Positions 48,936 through 60,300 of a stretch of 64,000 nt of DNA are shown piece after piece. Position 1 is the stretch's first letter; each line of letters opens with the position of its first letter. Below the pieces are notes generated by a model that ran no database searches, was not told where the DNA came from, and saw nothing but the letters and a program-made list of their open reading frames with translations. Where the stretch lies: positions 32,001 through 96,000 of IMG/VR virus record IMGVR_UViG_3300028914_000003. The stretch is one strand, 5' to 3'. The DNA comes from a virus (Duplodnaviria > Caudoviricetes). The position numbers were made by a program, and so were the translations under genes.

Positions 48936-49589
48936 ATGGCATTACAACTATCACAGGAACTGCAGCGGTGGTCGCTCCTCCATTTTGAAAAGGGTGTGCC
49001 GATCTGCGACATCGCCATCCACAAGGATGCGAAAGACCGTCTGGCGAGGGTGAGCCATGTCTACTGGCAGTGGAAGAAGAACCCGTTCCTCGATACCAAG
49101 GAACTGTTCCGGGCGATGGCCAAGGGAAAGTATTCGGGTACGGGTGCCGAGTGCAACGCCTGTAGCATGGACCAGCTGCTTTTCGACTTTGTGGTCAATC
49201 ATGTCGCCCCGCCGAGCCGTGCCATGGCTGCCGCGAAGGTGCGCGCCGTGGCCGACCGCCTGATGCGTAATGGCATGGAGACGGACAACGGCAAGGACAT
49301 GGCCGAGGGTGCGAAGATCATCATGAAACTCGACCGTCTCGACCAGCCGGAGTCAGAGCAGGCGGATATGAACAAGGTTGCCTTCATGCCGACAGTGGTA
49401 GTCACTGACATCCGTGAGGTGGATGACACCAAGGAGAATATCGACGACGAGGAGACAAAGCGCATCATTGCCAAGTACGGCGCCTTTGTGGACGAGAAGC
49501 ACAAGGCGGTAGAAGAGAAGGTGGCACTGATGGAGGCGAGAAACGGAGCCGGAACCATAGAAGAATCTGAATATACAGAAGACCAGTAG
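48936..49589 (+). CDS. hypothetical protein (possible terminase small subunit)
   Basis: 217-aa helical ORF upstream of terL; function by position only. Confidence 0.5.
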   Translation: MALQLSQELQRWSLLHFEKGVPICDIAIHKDAKDRLARVSHVYWQWKKNPFLDTKELFRAMAKGKYSGTGAECNACSMDQLLFDFVVNHVAPPSRAMAAAKVRAVADRLMRNGMETDNGKDMAEGAKIIMKLDRLDQPESEQADMNKVAFMPTVVVTDIREVDDTKENIDDEETKRIIAKYGAFVDEKHKAVEEKVALMEARNGAGTIEESEYTEDQ

Positions 49590-49624
49590 TCTGGTCATAT
49601 TATTAACATTAAAAACATAAGACT

Positions 49625-49804
49625 ATGAGTAAGAAAATGTTTGCACTCGTCTCAGGTATCGTAGGAGGCCTGCAGACGATTGGTGTGGCGTTGGTGACAT
49701 ACACCAGCCCGGAGTATGCTACGGCCATCAACTCGGCTATCGTCATTGCCGGTGCCGCCGTCATCGAGATTTGTAATCTCTTCACGCCTACAGAGACGAA
49801 GTAG
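49625..49804 (+). CDS. small two-TM protein, candidate holin
   Basis: Manual translation MSKKMFALVSGIVGGLQTIGVALVTYTSPEYATAINSAIVIAGAAVIEICNLFTPTETK; close to the endolysin. Confidence 0.55.
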   Translation: MSKKMFALVSGIVGGLQTIGVALVTYTSPEYATAINSAIVIAGAAVIEICNLFTPTETK

Positions 49805-49809
49805 TTCTC

Positions 49810-50403
49810 ATGGCAAGAGACTGGAAGGGCGGCAACGCTTCTACTTTCAAGACTATCGGCGCGAGCAACCACTGTGCGGAAGAGCGCGCCGATAAAGACT
49901 ACTACGCCACTGAGCCAGCTGCCACGGAATGGCTGTGCCGACTGGAGCACTTTGACGGTCCGATACTGGAGCCGTCGTGTGGCGAAGGCCACATGAGCGA
50001 GGTGCTGAAGAAGCACGGCTACGAAGTGGTAAGCCGAGACCTTGCCGACCGCGGCTATGGAGAGGTGGCCGACTTCCTGTCTCCAGAGAACAAGGAGTGG
50101 GGTGGGGATATCGTCACAAACCCGCCCTACGCCTTTGCTCAGGAATTTGTCGAGAAGGCTCTGCAAATCATCCCCGAAGGCCGTAAGGTCGCCATGTTCC
50201 TGAAGCTGACATTCCTTGAAGGCAAGAAGCGTGCCTCGATGTTCAAAAATTACCCTCCCCGAAAAGTATACGTCAGCCGCTCGCGTCTGAAATGTGCCAA
50301 GAACGGCGACTTCGAGCACTCGCCTGGCAGTGCCACATGCTATGCCTGGTTTGTCTGGGAAAAGGGTTACACAGGACATCCTGAGATAAGATGGTTTAAC
50401 TAA
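49810..50403 (+). CDS. phage amino-DNA methyltransferase (N6A/N4C)
   Basis: DYYAT, ILEPSCGEGH, DIVTNPPY. Confidence 0.85.
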   Translation: MARDWKGGNASTFKTIGASNHCAEERADKDYYATEPAATEWLCRLEHFDGPILEPSCGEGHMSEVLKKHGYEVVSRDLADRGYGEVADFLSPENKEWGGDIVTNPPYAFAQEFVEKALQIIPEGRKVAMFLKLTFLEGKKRASMFKNYPPRKVYVSRSRLKCAKNGDFEHSPGSATCYAWFVWEKGYTGHPEIRWFN

Positions 50404-50435
50404 CATAGTTCCATGAATAAATATCACAAAAAATT

Positions 50436-50879
50436 ATGGCAGACATTTTGAAAATTGCAGAAGAGATCTTTCATCTCACGTCACAGGAGTTTGAGGAACT
50501 TAACCACAAGCTCGGGGAAGTAAGTCACAGTGAATGTACCTACCAGCAGGACATCTACGAGACGGGTATGCTGTCGTTCAGCAGCGCGCTATGGGCATTG
50601 AAGCACGGCAAGCCCATCTGCCGTGAGGGATGGAACGGAAAGGGCATGTTCGTCGTCCGTCAGGTTCCTGCACATATCACGGGAGACGTCATCCCGAACA
50701 TGCAGTCACTCCCGCAGAGCGCCAAGGACATCCTGATGTGCCGTGAGGAACCGCACATAGACTACACCTGCCAGATGCTTATCATCCGTCAGGACGGCCG
50801 TGCCGACTCATGGGTGCCTTCCGCTGCGGACGTATTGGCCGAGGACTGGAAGATCTACAAGGAAGAGATGTATGTTTGA
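50436..50879 (+). CDS. DUF2829 / Tad2-like protein
   Basis: SFSSALWALKHGKPICREGWNGKGMFV...WVPSAADVLAEDWKI. Confidence 0.8.
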   Translation: MADILKIAEEIFHLTSQEFEELNHKLGEVSHSECTYQQDIYETGMLSFSSALWALKHGKPICREGWNGKGMFVVRQVPAHITGDVIPNMQSLPQSAKDILMCREEPHIDYTCQMLIIRQDGRADSWVPSAADVLAEDWKIYKEEMYV

Positions 50880-51195
50880 CCTTGACAAGCTGAAGGACAA
50901 CAACGCGTCGTTCTGGGTGTTCCGTCTCCCGGAGCTGCGCAGGATAGCAGCCGATTGCGGATGGGCGATAGCCTTCCACGGCTCGCTGGTCCACGACCTT
51001 GACCTGATGGCCATGCCGTGGACGGAGACGCATGTCACCGCCGATGAGCTGGCGCAGCGGTTCACCGACAGCATGCCGGAAAACTGGCGCCGTCCCTACG
51101 AGAAGAGCAAGCCTGGCGACAAGCCCAACGGACGCATCGTCTACACCATCTTCATGGGAGACACATACATTGACATGAACGTGATTGAGAGATGA
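50872..51195 (+). CDS. hypothetical protein (nucleotidyltransferase-like HGS...DLDL motif)
   Basis: GWAIAFHGSLVHDLDLMAMPW. Confidence 0.55.
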   Translation: MFDLDKLKDNNASFWVFRLPELRRIAADCGWAIAFHGSLVHDLDLMAMPWTETHVTADELAQRFTDSMPENWRRPYEKSKPGDKPNGRIVYTIFMGDTYIDMNVIER

Positions 51196-51210
51196 CGAAA
51201 AAGTGGAATC

Positions 51211-51504
51211 ATGACCGAAAACCTACAAATAACAGCCAATTCGACAACTATGACAGTACAACAACGTAAGGCAATCGGGATCCTGAACAACCTCAGGACG
51301 GAGAAGAATGACGACGGCACGCCCGTGATGAGCGAGGACGACTATTTTTTCCTGTTGGACTTCGTCATCAGAGCACAGGAGGATGTGCGGTTTGTGCCTC
51401 AGGTGATACCGACGCAGTGGCCGTTCCCCGGCACCGTACAGCCGTACTATGAACAGCCTGGCATCCAGCGTTGGGAGATAACGTGTAAGACAGGACAGCA
51501 ATGA
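51211..51504 (+). CDS. hypothetical protein
   Basis: 97-aa ORF overlapping the terL start. Confidence 0.55.
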   Translation: MTENLQITANSTTMTVQQRKAIGILNNLRTEKNDDGTPVMSEDDYFFLLDFVIRAQEDVRFVPQVIPTQWPFPGTVQPYYEQPGIQRWEITCKTGQQ

Positions 51505-53438
51505 GCAGGATAGGCACGAACCCCAACGTGAGCAGCGACCATCTGGAGGCGAAGATGCTTCCGGATGTCGATGGCATGAACCCTGAAGAGGGTGGGGCGG
51601 TGGACTACGCCCACGACGGCGTGCATAAGGTCTACCTGAACCGCTGGCAGAAGGAGGTGCGTAACTTCGGTTCGCGCACGACGTTCGTCCGTGCCGGTCG
51701 TGGTACGGGTAAGACGTCGTTCATCGGCGTTCACATGGTGGACGTGACTATCGGTCTGCCGCGTCAGATGGGCGGATTCGTCGGTGCCAGTGCCAAGCAA
51801 CTCTACACCCGCACGATGCCCAACGCCCTGAAGGTGGTGAACACGCTCGGTTTCGAGCAGTTCTACTTCCTCGGTCAGGCGCCCGCCAAACTGCACTGGG
51901 ACTATCCGCTGGCCCGTCCGCGCAACTGGGAGAACATCGTCCACTTCAGCAACGGCTTTTGCTGGCAAATGCTGTCGATGTGTATCCGAGGATCCGGAAA
52001 TGGGTTAAATTTGGCTGCGCTCATCGGTGACGAGACGAAGTACCTTCCATGGCAGCGTGTCAAGGAAGAGATACTGCCTACGCTGCGTGGTGACTTCATG
52101 CCGCCGTCGGCGCGTAAGGTGGAGCAGAAACGGTGGGGCTACGGCACAGACCCGAAGATCAACAACCACTGGCTCTCGCAGTTGTGGGTGAGCGATGCCG
52201 GACTGACACAGGCGCAGACGCTCTGGGAGAAGGAGAAGGACTTTGAGACCCACGAGATCAACGACCAGCTGACCACCATGATGGCGGAACTGAAGTATCT
52301 GGAGAAGCACAATCCGCAGGCTGCGGTCGCCCTGTCGCAGAACGATAATTTCCTCAGGCAGCTGCACCGTCTCAGAACGGAGAGTATCTGCTACTGGAAC
52401 CTCTCCAGTGCCGAGAACCTGTCGATGCTCGGTGAGTCATGGCTGCGCGACATGCAGCGCCAGATGCCGCCGCTGTTGTTCGGACTGATGGTCTTGGGCG
52501 TAGAGAAGGGGGCTGCCAAGGACGGATTCTACTGCAACCTCGATATTGAGACCATTCATGGTTATCTCGAAGAGGAGTACAGCACGGAGTACGGCGACAG
52601 CTACTCGATGCTGGCCGACAAGTATATGATTAAGAAGAAGGGTAAGGCGCTGGACTCTACCCGCTGGTTGCAGGAGGTTGAGACGGAACAGCTGGACCTC
52701 GATACCCTTGGCCGTCTCGGCGAGGAGGATACCTGCGAGCTGGATATGGATCTCGACTGGCAGAGTCCGCTGCTGATTGCCTTTGATGCCAATGCCAACC
52801 TGTCGTGCTTCGTCGTCGGACAGCTGCGTGGCGACGAGCTGCTGGTGCAGCGCTCCATGTTTGTGATGAACGAGCGGAAACTCAGGGCTCTATGTCACGA
52901 TTTTGCCCGTACCTACAAGCCCTTCCTGCGTCGTGGCTGCAAGGAGGTCATCCTGTATTTCACGGCGACGGTGAAGCAGGGCGCCAGTACCGCCTACGCC
53001 GTGGAGAACGGCGACGACAACCGCTTCGACAAGGTGGTGGTGCAGGAACTGACCGACCTCGGTTTTAAGGTTACGGCCATCGACACCGGCGCGGCACTCG
53101 CCCATGCCGTGAAGTTCCAGCTGATGGCAGACCTGATGTCGGGTGCCCAGAATCCGAAAATCAGGATTTGTAAGTCTCCTGGACGCAATACCTACCTCAT
53201 ACCCGCCCTCGAAAATACTGGACTCAAGCCCGGCAGTTTCTCCAAGGACAAGAGCCGTGAGAAGTTGAAGGCTACCGATGAAGAGAGCCTTGGCGGCGAC
53301 CCCCGTACCCGCACGGATATCACCGACGCTTTCGACGACCTGGTGATAGGCGTGAAGTATCATGGGCTTAATCCACGTCCGAAGATCGGCGGAGGACTAC
53401 GCAACAGGTTCCAGCATCTGGCAGGGATTCCGCATTAA
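51501..53438 (+). CDS. terL: terminase large subunit
   Basis: VRAGRGTGKTS Walker A, LIGDETKY Walker B, C-terminal RNase H-like IAFDAN...TDAFDDL. Confidence 0.8.
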   Translation: MSRIGTNPNVSSDHLEAKMLPDVDGMNPEEGGAVDYAHDGVHKVYLNRWQKEVRNFGSRTTFVRAGRGTGKTSFIGVHMVDVTIGLPRQMGGFVGASAKQLYTRTMPNALKVVNTLGFEQFYFLGQAPAKLHWDYPLARPRNWENIVHFSNGFCWQMLSMCIRGSGNGLNLAALIGDETKYLPWQRVKEEILPTLRGDFMPPSARKVEQKRWGYGTDPKINNHWLSQLWVSDAGLTQAQTLWEKEKDFETHEINDQLTTMMAELKYLEKHNPQAAVALSQNDNFLRQLHRLRTESICYWNLSSAENLSMLGESWLRDMQRQMPPLLFGLMVLGVEKGAAKDGFYCNLDIETIHGYLEEEYSTEYGDSYSMLADKYMIKKKGKALDSTRWLQEVETEQLDLDTLGRLGEEDTCELDMDLDWQSPLLIAFDANANLSCFVVGQLRGDELLVQRSMFVMNERKLRALCHDFARTYKPFLRRGCKEVILYFTATVKQGASTAYAVENGDDNRFDKVVVQELTDLGFKVTAIDTGAALAHAVKFQLMADLMSGAQNPKIRICKSPGRNTYLIPALENTGLKPGSFSKDKSREKLKATDEESLGGDPRTRTDITDAFDDLVIGVKYHGLNPRPKIGGGLRNRFQHLAGIPH

Positions 53439-53828
53439 AAGTACACCAAAAAAGAACCGTCCCTTTTTTGTATTTATTAAAAAGCGAGGGACAAGTCTTT
53501 CGACCTGCCCCTCTATTGAAGTCGGCGTGACAGCTATTTACCTATTCGTCCCGATTCTGTCCGGTATTTATTTTTTCGTCGGTTGTGCAGACCCTTGCTT
53601 CCCTGTCCGACTGGGAGCACCCACATTTAAGGGCTTTCGGGAACACTATCACTCTGTGTTGTGCCTTATTTACGCTGCAAAGATAAGCATTATTTCCGAA
53701 GCCGCCAAATAATTCGTAAGAAATTTGTGGTCATTTGTGGAAATTCGTGTTTTATCCACGGTGTCCTCTGCCCTTGATTTCTGATTTCTTTCTCACTATC
53801 TTGCAGGCAGAAATAAATATCTATAGTT

Positions 53829-55649
53829 ATGAAGAAAGGCAAATCTTCCATCCCTACGCATACCGTCCACAATAGGAGCGAGTTCTCAAAAATAAACCGC
53901 AAGCTAAACAGCCGTGGGTATGTCGCCATTGACGCCTTGAAGCCGGGGCTGGTCAGGACGCTCACCTTGGGCGACGGTGCCGACAAGGGTGCTAAGCAGA
54001 TGGCCGCTGGCATGGGCTGCGGGTCGTGGTCGAACGGTCCGCTCTCGAAAGTGGCATGGTCGTTCGACTCGCGTGACAATGCCGTGCATGCCGTGAAAGA
54101 TAAGGACGGCAAGCCGATGGGTTTGGGCTACGTTGACTGGGGGCCTGGCAACTCGACGCCGAGTGTCATCCCGCCGCTGGCATGGTCGCTGCCCTATACC
54201 GCGTCGCCGCTGAGATATCTGGCTGACCTGACGGCAGGACTGGGGCCGAAGCTGATGTACGCCTTCGACGACGACACGATGTGCGAGTACAAGAAGGCGG
54301 GCTACCGCATCCTGGAGCGCATCGAGAAGCTGAAGAAAGGAGAAGAGGGAGATACCTATGGCGGAGACCTGGCGAAGGATCCTGTCAGCGGTACCATCAT
54401 TCCCATTAGCGAATTAGAAAAGGATAAGCGTCCAGACCCGATACTCCGCGGTCTTGGCATCGACTACTGGAAGGATGCCTACCGCGAGTGGGAGCGGACA
54501 TGGCTGGGTTACGACGAAGAGGTGCAGATGACGGACACCGTCACCGATACCGAGCACGTCCCCGGCGCCAAGGAGTTCTTAGAGAACAACAACCTGAACC
54601 TGCACCTGTCGCAGTGCGAGCAGGACGACGTGATGCTCGACATCTACTTCCCCACCGTCGGTTTCCATACCACCGGCTACAAGCGCAGCTGGAGGCCAGT
54701 CATCAACCGTGTCGGTTTTTTGCCTGCCCATTCGATGAGACTCGAAAAGATGGACTCCAATAGGTACATCCATCACTGTTATCTATCTGACCAATGGCGT
54801 ACGCTCGGCATCGGCACCCGCACCGTGACCGACCCGGAGAGCATGAAGATACAGATGTACCCCGCTGCCATGCCGCAGGACATGCTGCACGAGCTGCGCT
54901 ATATCGTGGAGTCAAACCAGAAGAAAGGACCCAAGAGCCGTCCGTTGTGGATTGTCTGCCCGACGTTCTACCCCAGCGGACAGAAGCCGTACTACCCGCA
55001 GCCGGCATGGTGGAGCGTATTCTCGAGCAAGGCCTTCGACTTTGCCAGCACCATCCTGTATGACAAGTACAAGCAGCGTGAGAACAACACCACGTGGGGG
55101 CGTATCATCTATATCTCCTTGGACTACCTGAACATGGTTTTCGCAGACCTTGGCATCGAGGGCGACATGGGGGCGCAGCAGAAGTACATCGACGAGCTGG
55201 ATAACAACGTGGATCAGTTCCTGCAGCAGCGCGAGAACACGGGCAAGACCATGCGCCAGTTCATGTGGGACGGCCCCGACGGCAAGATGCACAAGAACGT
55301 CGAGATTGTAGATATCAAGGAAACCACCAACGACGCCGTGAAGGCAGGCAAGGAGGAGCTGGAGCTCTCCACGTCGCCTATTTTCCTGGCACTCGGTGTT
55401 GACCCACGCTTGGTCGGTGTGCCGATGGTGCAGGCCTCGAACGGCGGTACGGCGCTCCGTGAGATGCACCTTCTGAAACAGCAGCAGCTGAACGTCAAAC
55501 AGCGGCTGTATTTACATTTTTTGAACTCGGTTGCGAAGTTCAACGGGTGGGACGAGCATGCACAGTTTGAGATTATCCAGCAGACGCTGACCACGCTGGA
55601 CAACAGCAAGACCGGAACAGTAGAAACTGTGGCAGGCGAGGGTGCTTAG
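53829..55649 (+). CDS. portal protein
   Basis: Follows terL; YVDWGPGN, YYPQPAWWS, ALGVDPRLVG...GGTALRE resemble Bacteroidetes phage portals. Confidence 0.7.
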   Translation: MKKGKSSIPTHTVHNRSEFSKINRKLNSRGYVAIDALKPGLVRTLTLGDGADKGAKQMAAGMGCGSWSNGPLSKVAWSFDSRDNAVHAVKDKDGKPMGLGYVDWGPGNSTPSVIPPLAWSLPYTASPLRYLADLTAGLGPKLMYAFDDDTMCEYKKAGYRILERIEKLKKGEEGDTYGGDLAKDPVSGTIIPISELEKDKRPDPILRGLGIDYWKDAYREWERTWLGYDEEVQMTDTVTDTEHVPGAKEFLENNNLNLHLSQCEQDDVMLDIYFPTVGFHTTGYKRSWRPVINRVGFLPAHSMRLEKMDSNRYIHHCYLSDQWRTLGIGTRTVTDPESMKIQMYPAAMPQDMLHELRYIVESNQKKGPKSRPLWIVCPTFYPSGQKPYYPQPAWWSVFSSKAFDFASTILYDKYKQRENNTTWGRIIYISLDYLNMVFADLGIEGDMGAQQKYIDELDNNVDQFLQQRENTGKTMRQFMWDGPDGKMHKNVEIVDIKETTNDAVKAGKEELELSTSPIFLALGVDPRLVGVPMVQASNGGTALREMHLLKQQQLNVKQRLYLHFLNSVAKFNGWDEHAQFEIIQQTLTTLDNSKTGTVETVAGEGA

Positions 55650-55896
55650 ACTATTTTATAAGTCATCGAAATGATTTGACAGAATCACTTTTCAAGACCT
55701 GTATACAGTCGCCCTTGACAGTTGGAGCGAAACTTTTTATATTGCGACCAATAAAACTTTTTATGCTATTCAACAAATTATTTACGGTTATGGTGTACGG
55801 GAAGCCGTGAGGTTTCCCGTACTTCTTCTTCTTTGATACCATCTTATGTGCCCTTGACCGTGCATCCTACGCACCATATCTTGCAGCAAAAACGGC

Positions 55897-56382
55897 ATGG
55901 AACAGATGTTTGTCAGAAGACGCACAAGGGTATCATATCCTCTCAGGATCGAGGGCGTGCAGAAGGCTCCTGTGACTGCGGAACCTGACGACGCGGAGCT
56001 GGCGGCTCAGGCGCTATTAGAGAGTATCGCAAAACTCTCCAAAAAAACAGATGTAAATAATACGGCTGAGCCTAAGAAAGGCACATCCGAATATTATCTC
56101 AGACTGGCAGGCAGGATACACTCTGCCCACAATTCTGAGCGTCTCAGGGCAATGCGACTTGTGGCATTTGTCGAGCAGGAGTTGCAACACACCGACCTTC
56201 CTGTCAGCGGAGAAGGATCTCTTGGAATCTTGAACGCTGAGCTACTGAAACACATTGACGCTATTAACAGAGATGGCGGAGAGCTGAAGCGCCGGTGGCA
56301 GCACTGCCTGGCCGAGGTCACCGTCATGATGATGAAAGGCGGTCCGGCTATATCGGACGATACCACAGATCCAACACAATAA
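55897..56382 (+). CDS. hypothetical protein
   Basis: 161-aa ORF. Confidence 0.55.
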   Translation: MEQMFVRRRTRVSYPLRIEGVQKAPVTAEPDDAELAAQALLESIAKLSKKTDVNNTAEPKKGTSEYYLRLAGRIHSAHNSERLRAMRLVAFVEQELQHTDLPVSGEGSLGILNAELLKHIDAINRDGGELKRRWQHCLAEVTVMMMKGGPAISDDTTDPTQ

Positions 56383-56497
56383 CTTCATAGAATAAATCAT
56401 ACTTCAGAGGGCAGGTGGTCGTGAGGCCGTCTGCCCTTTCCTCTGCCCTTGATTTTCTGTGAAAATCACTTTATCTTGCAGACAAAAACATAGTATT

Positions 56498-56761
56498 ATG
56501 TACAGGAAAGAGATTATAGACACCGTGAACGCCATCATCGGCGAGAAGGCAGACATTGCAGCCGAATACATCGAACCGGATGATTGTTATGACGAAATCG
56601 GTTTGAGCCTTGACCAACTCATAGAGTTATCGGTGAAGATGGAGGACGAGTTCGTCATCGACATCACGGGAACCGATATCCTGCACTTCAATACCATGCA
56701 GGACATATACGACATCGTCGAGAAGAAAATTGTAGACACCCACGGATTCCAGGTGTATTAA
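56498..56761 (+). CDS. acyl carrier protein-like
   Basis: Acidic 87 aa; EIGLSLDQLIELSVKMEDEFVIDI...FNTMQDIYDIVEKK resembles ACP LGxDSLDxVELxMxxEEEFxIEI...TVxD. Confidence 0.7.
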   Translation: MYRKEIIDTVNAIIGEKADIAAEYIEPDDCYDEIGLSLDQLIELSVKMEDEFVIDITGTDILHFNTMQDIYDIVEKKIVDTHGFQVY

Positions 56762-56782
56762 CGAACCAAGGACTGAACAGCT

Positions 56783-57343
56783 ATGGCATTATTTTCAGAA
56801 GCGGAACGCAGTTGGGCAACCGACAAGTACGGTGACAAGGTGAAGCGGTGGGACTGGGACTGGCGCGATGAGCGCATCATGGACTGGATCCACAACTTCG
56901 AGCGCATCAGCCGCGAGAACACCGAGGAGAACGTGGAGCGTCTGAATGCCGTGCGCACCGGTGCCATGAAGCGGTCGCTCTGGTGGAAGACGTGGGCGAC
57001 GAGCGGCGGCGACACACAGGTGTTCGCGGCGCGCTATCTCTACTACTCGAAGTTTGTGGAGTTGGCCGTCGGCAAGAACGAGCCCTACGACAGTCCGGTG
57101 CCCAAGATTCCGCATCCCTACTGGGAGCCTATTGCCGTGCCCACCCGTAGTCGCAGGGGTAAGCCCTTCGTCGTGACCGAGATGCGCACGCAGGCCGCCA
57201 AGTTCGCTGCTGTGGCCCGCAAGGAGTTCAGCTTCGCAGGAACCATGTTCCTCGTCTTCGCCATGGGCAGCAACCAGGATGCCCACCAGGCCGTGAACCG
57301 CGCCCTCTTCTGGCGACAGCGTCATGACAGAATCTGGAGATAA
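56783..57343 (+). CDS. phage virion morphogenesis protein (HK97 gp10-like, tentative)
   Basis: AVRTGAMKRSL...YSKFVELAVG motif; upstream of the tape measure. Confidence 0.5.
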   Translation: MALFSEAERSWATDKYGDKVKRWDWDWRDERIMDWIHNFERISRENTEENVERLNAVRTGAMKRSLWWKTWATSGGDTQVFAARYLYYSKFVELAVGKNEPYDSPVPKIPHPYWEPIAVPTRSRRGKPFVVTEMRTQAAKFAAVARKEFSFAGTMFLVFAMGSNQDAHQAVNRALFWRQRHDRIWR

Positions 57344-57392
57344 CCAACAACAAACACGAAAACGAACACGAACACAAAAACGAATACAAGAT

Positions 57393-60300
57393 ATGGCAAC
57401 ACGTCACGAACTTATCCACATCGACTTTGTGGCCAACGCCGGCAAGGCGAACCCGGTATTGCAATCGCTGAAGGATTCCTGCGAGGAAGCCCGTATAGCA
57501 AAGGAAAAACTCGACAATGAGCTGACCAGCGCCAAGGCTGCCAATGCGCCCAAGGATGTCATAGAGAAAATCAACAAAGACCTGATAGAGCAGACCAAGA
57601 TTTACCAGGCTCTGCAAAAGGGAGTACGCGAATATGCCAAGGGCATCGACACGCTGTCGAAGGGTATTAAGGAGTACAACGAAGGTACGCTCGACCAGAT
57701 GTCGCCGAAGTTCAATAAGGCTTTGGCTAATTCGGCCAAACTGGCACAGAGCAACTTCAAGAGCAACACTAAGGAATGGAGCGACCTGCAGACAGTCATA
57801 GAGGCCGCCCAGCGCAACGTTACCCGTGCCCGTGAGGACATTGACGGCCTGATGCAGTCGATGAAGACAGGAGCGTCGGTCAGCGCCAACCAGCTCACCA
57901 CCGCCCGCGACGTGCTGAAGGATCTTGCCGACCTGGCCGTCGTAGGCAGCGAGGACTGGCGCGGACTGCAGAAGCAGATGAACGAGGTGGCGCAGGCCGC
58001 CGTGACCGTTGCCGAGACCGAGCGCCGCCTGAAGGGCGAGATAGTGGACGAGCAGGATGCCATCCGACTGTCGAACACACTCACTAAGGAGGCCATTGCC
58101 CAGCGTCATGCCATGGGCGAGGCGTTCGTGCAGGCTGCACAGAAGGAGCGCAGCGGCATCGAGGAAAGTATGAAGGGTGTCAGCCAGAAGATGGTACTGG
58201 AACGTCAGGAGCGCGAGGAACTGAAAGACACCATAGAACTGCAGGAGAACTACGACAAGCTCATAGAGAAGCGCGACAAGAAGATTGCCGACGCAGAAGG
58301 GAGGAAGCAGGAGGCCGAGAAGCGCAAGGCAGAGGCACAGGCCACTATCAACGCCTATGACGAGCAGGAGAAGAAAATCCAGAAGCTGAAGGCTGAGAAG
58401 AAGGATCTGGAAGAACAGCAGAAAAAGGAGACGCAAGCCGCCGAGAAAGCCGCCAAGTCCACCAAAGACCAGGGCGATGTCACCGAAGGCTTAACAAAGA
58501 AGGTGAGCACCCTTAAAGGAGAAATCGGTGGACTGGATACAGAACTGAAAGAACTGGATGCACAAATCGAGAACCTTAACAAAACACAAGGTTTAAGAAA
58601 CGAGAATCCTATAATCGAGGGTGTAAAAGAAGGCGCAAAAGACGCACAACAGGAAATTCTGAAGCTCGCTCAGTTACAGGAAGAACTAAAGCAAGCCACG
58701 GCAGGGTACAAAAGAGATGCCAGCCAGCTTGACCTTATGGAAATACTGAATCGTTCGGCGCAAACAAGGTTTGGGAAAGAACAAGGTACATCTACAACAT
58801 GGCATGGGCGTTTTGAAAACGACGCTTCTTTGAAAGACACTGTTAATGGACTTGCTAAGACAATGTCGAAAGACAATGCTTATTGGATTTCAACTGCCAA
58901 AGAACAAATCAAAAACAGAGTCGGATCTTTCCTGAATGAAGACAAGTCGCTTGCAGATCTAAAAGCATTCCGTGAAGAGTGGTCAAAGGTTGTTCAGAGT
59001 CTTTATGATGAAGGGAAAGGTAGTGGCAACCACATGGAAGCTATTCGCTATATCGACAATCTTATTGAAAAAACCGAGCAACTCAAGAATATTCAAGAGA
59101 AACGCGCCGCTGTTCAGAAGCAGCAGGCTGTTGTCGATGGATTAAAAAAAGAATCAGCTGCAATAGAAGAGACCACCGCTGCCAAGAAAGAGGAGGTTAA
59201 GACAGAGGGAGCTGTCATAAAGACCACTGAGACCGAGACAGTTACAGTCGAATCTCTCATGAAAGCAAATGACAAGCTGAAGGAGAGGTTGGCTGTCCTA
59301 TATGAAGAAGAGAGAAAACTTTCCGAAGCAAAAGAGCATGGAACCGAAGCCGTCAAGGAGGAAACTAATGCCATCAAGGAGGAAGCGAACGCCTTTAAGG
59401 AACTGTCTAAAGAACAGGCGCAGGCAATGCTTGACGCGAAGCAGAAGCTGGCGACATTCAGCACTGCCAACGGCAAGACAACCACCACAAACCTCGAAGA
59501 GGCACAGTCGTTCATCTTCGAGGCAGCTAAGAAGATTAGCCCGAGTGGCACCAAGGGCGGCAATGTAACGCTTGAAGGTGAAAAGCAGATAGTCGACCTG
59601 GTCAGCCAGTTCCAGAGCCACTATGGCCTGCAGAGTGCCGACGAAGCACAGGGTATTATCAAGAGCGTACTCGGCGACGGCGGGCTTATTAAGAAGGGCT
59701 TCATGAACAAGTTCATTCTTAACATCGAGCAGGATACGCCAAAGGTTGCTGCGTATAACAAGGAAATTAAAGACTTGACTACAGTCATCAGCGGTGAGGT
59801 TGAGACCATTAAAGAGGAAAGCAGGGCTGTAGAGGAAAATGCCGAAAAGAAGCGTACGCTCGAACAGGTACAAGCGGAGATTAAGCAAATAGAAGATGAA
59901 TCAAGAGCCATCTCCAAACAGACATACATTCTTCAAGGTCAGGCAAGAGAAGCCACCGAAGCCGATACGCAGAGCCTTGAAGAAAATACTGAGGCAAAGA
60001 GGAAGAACATAGAAGTAACCAAGGCTGCAATCCTTGCCGCTAAAGACATGACGGCTGAGGAGGCAAAACTGGTTAAAGATGATTTGACGGCTATCTCAAC
60101 CGTCGGATGGAAGGCCGGCAAGGTTGACATGTCGAATCCGGATGAAGTACAGAATTTCCTTATCGCCGCAATGGGCGGAAAGAAGTTGATTGGCGAAGAC
60201 GGAACGCTTTCTGTAAAAGGCAGTAAAGTTGAATCCATCTTGGGTGAGTTCCAGAAAAGATATGGCTTTGAAGGCGATAGACAAACGGCCAAGGAAATTC

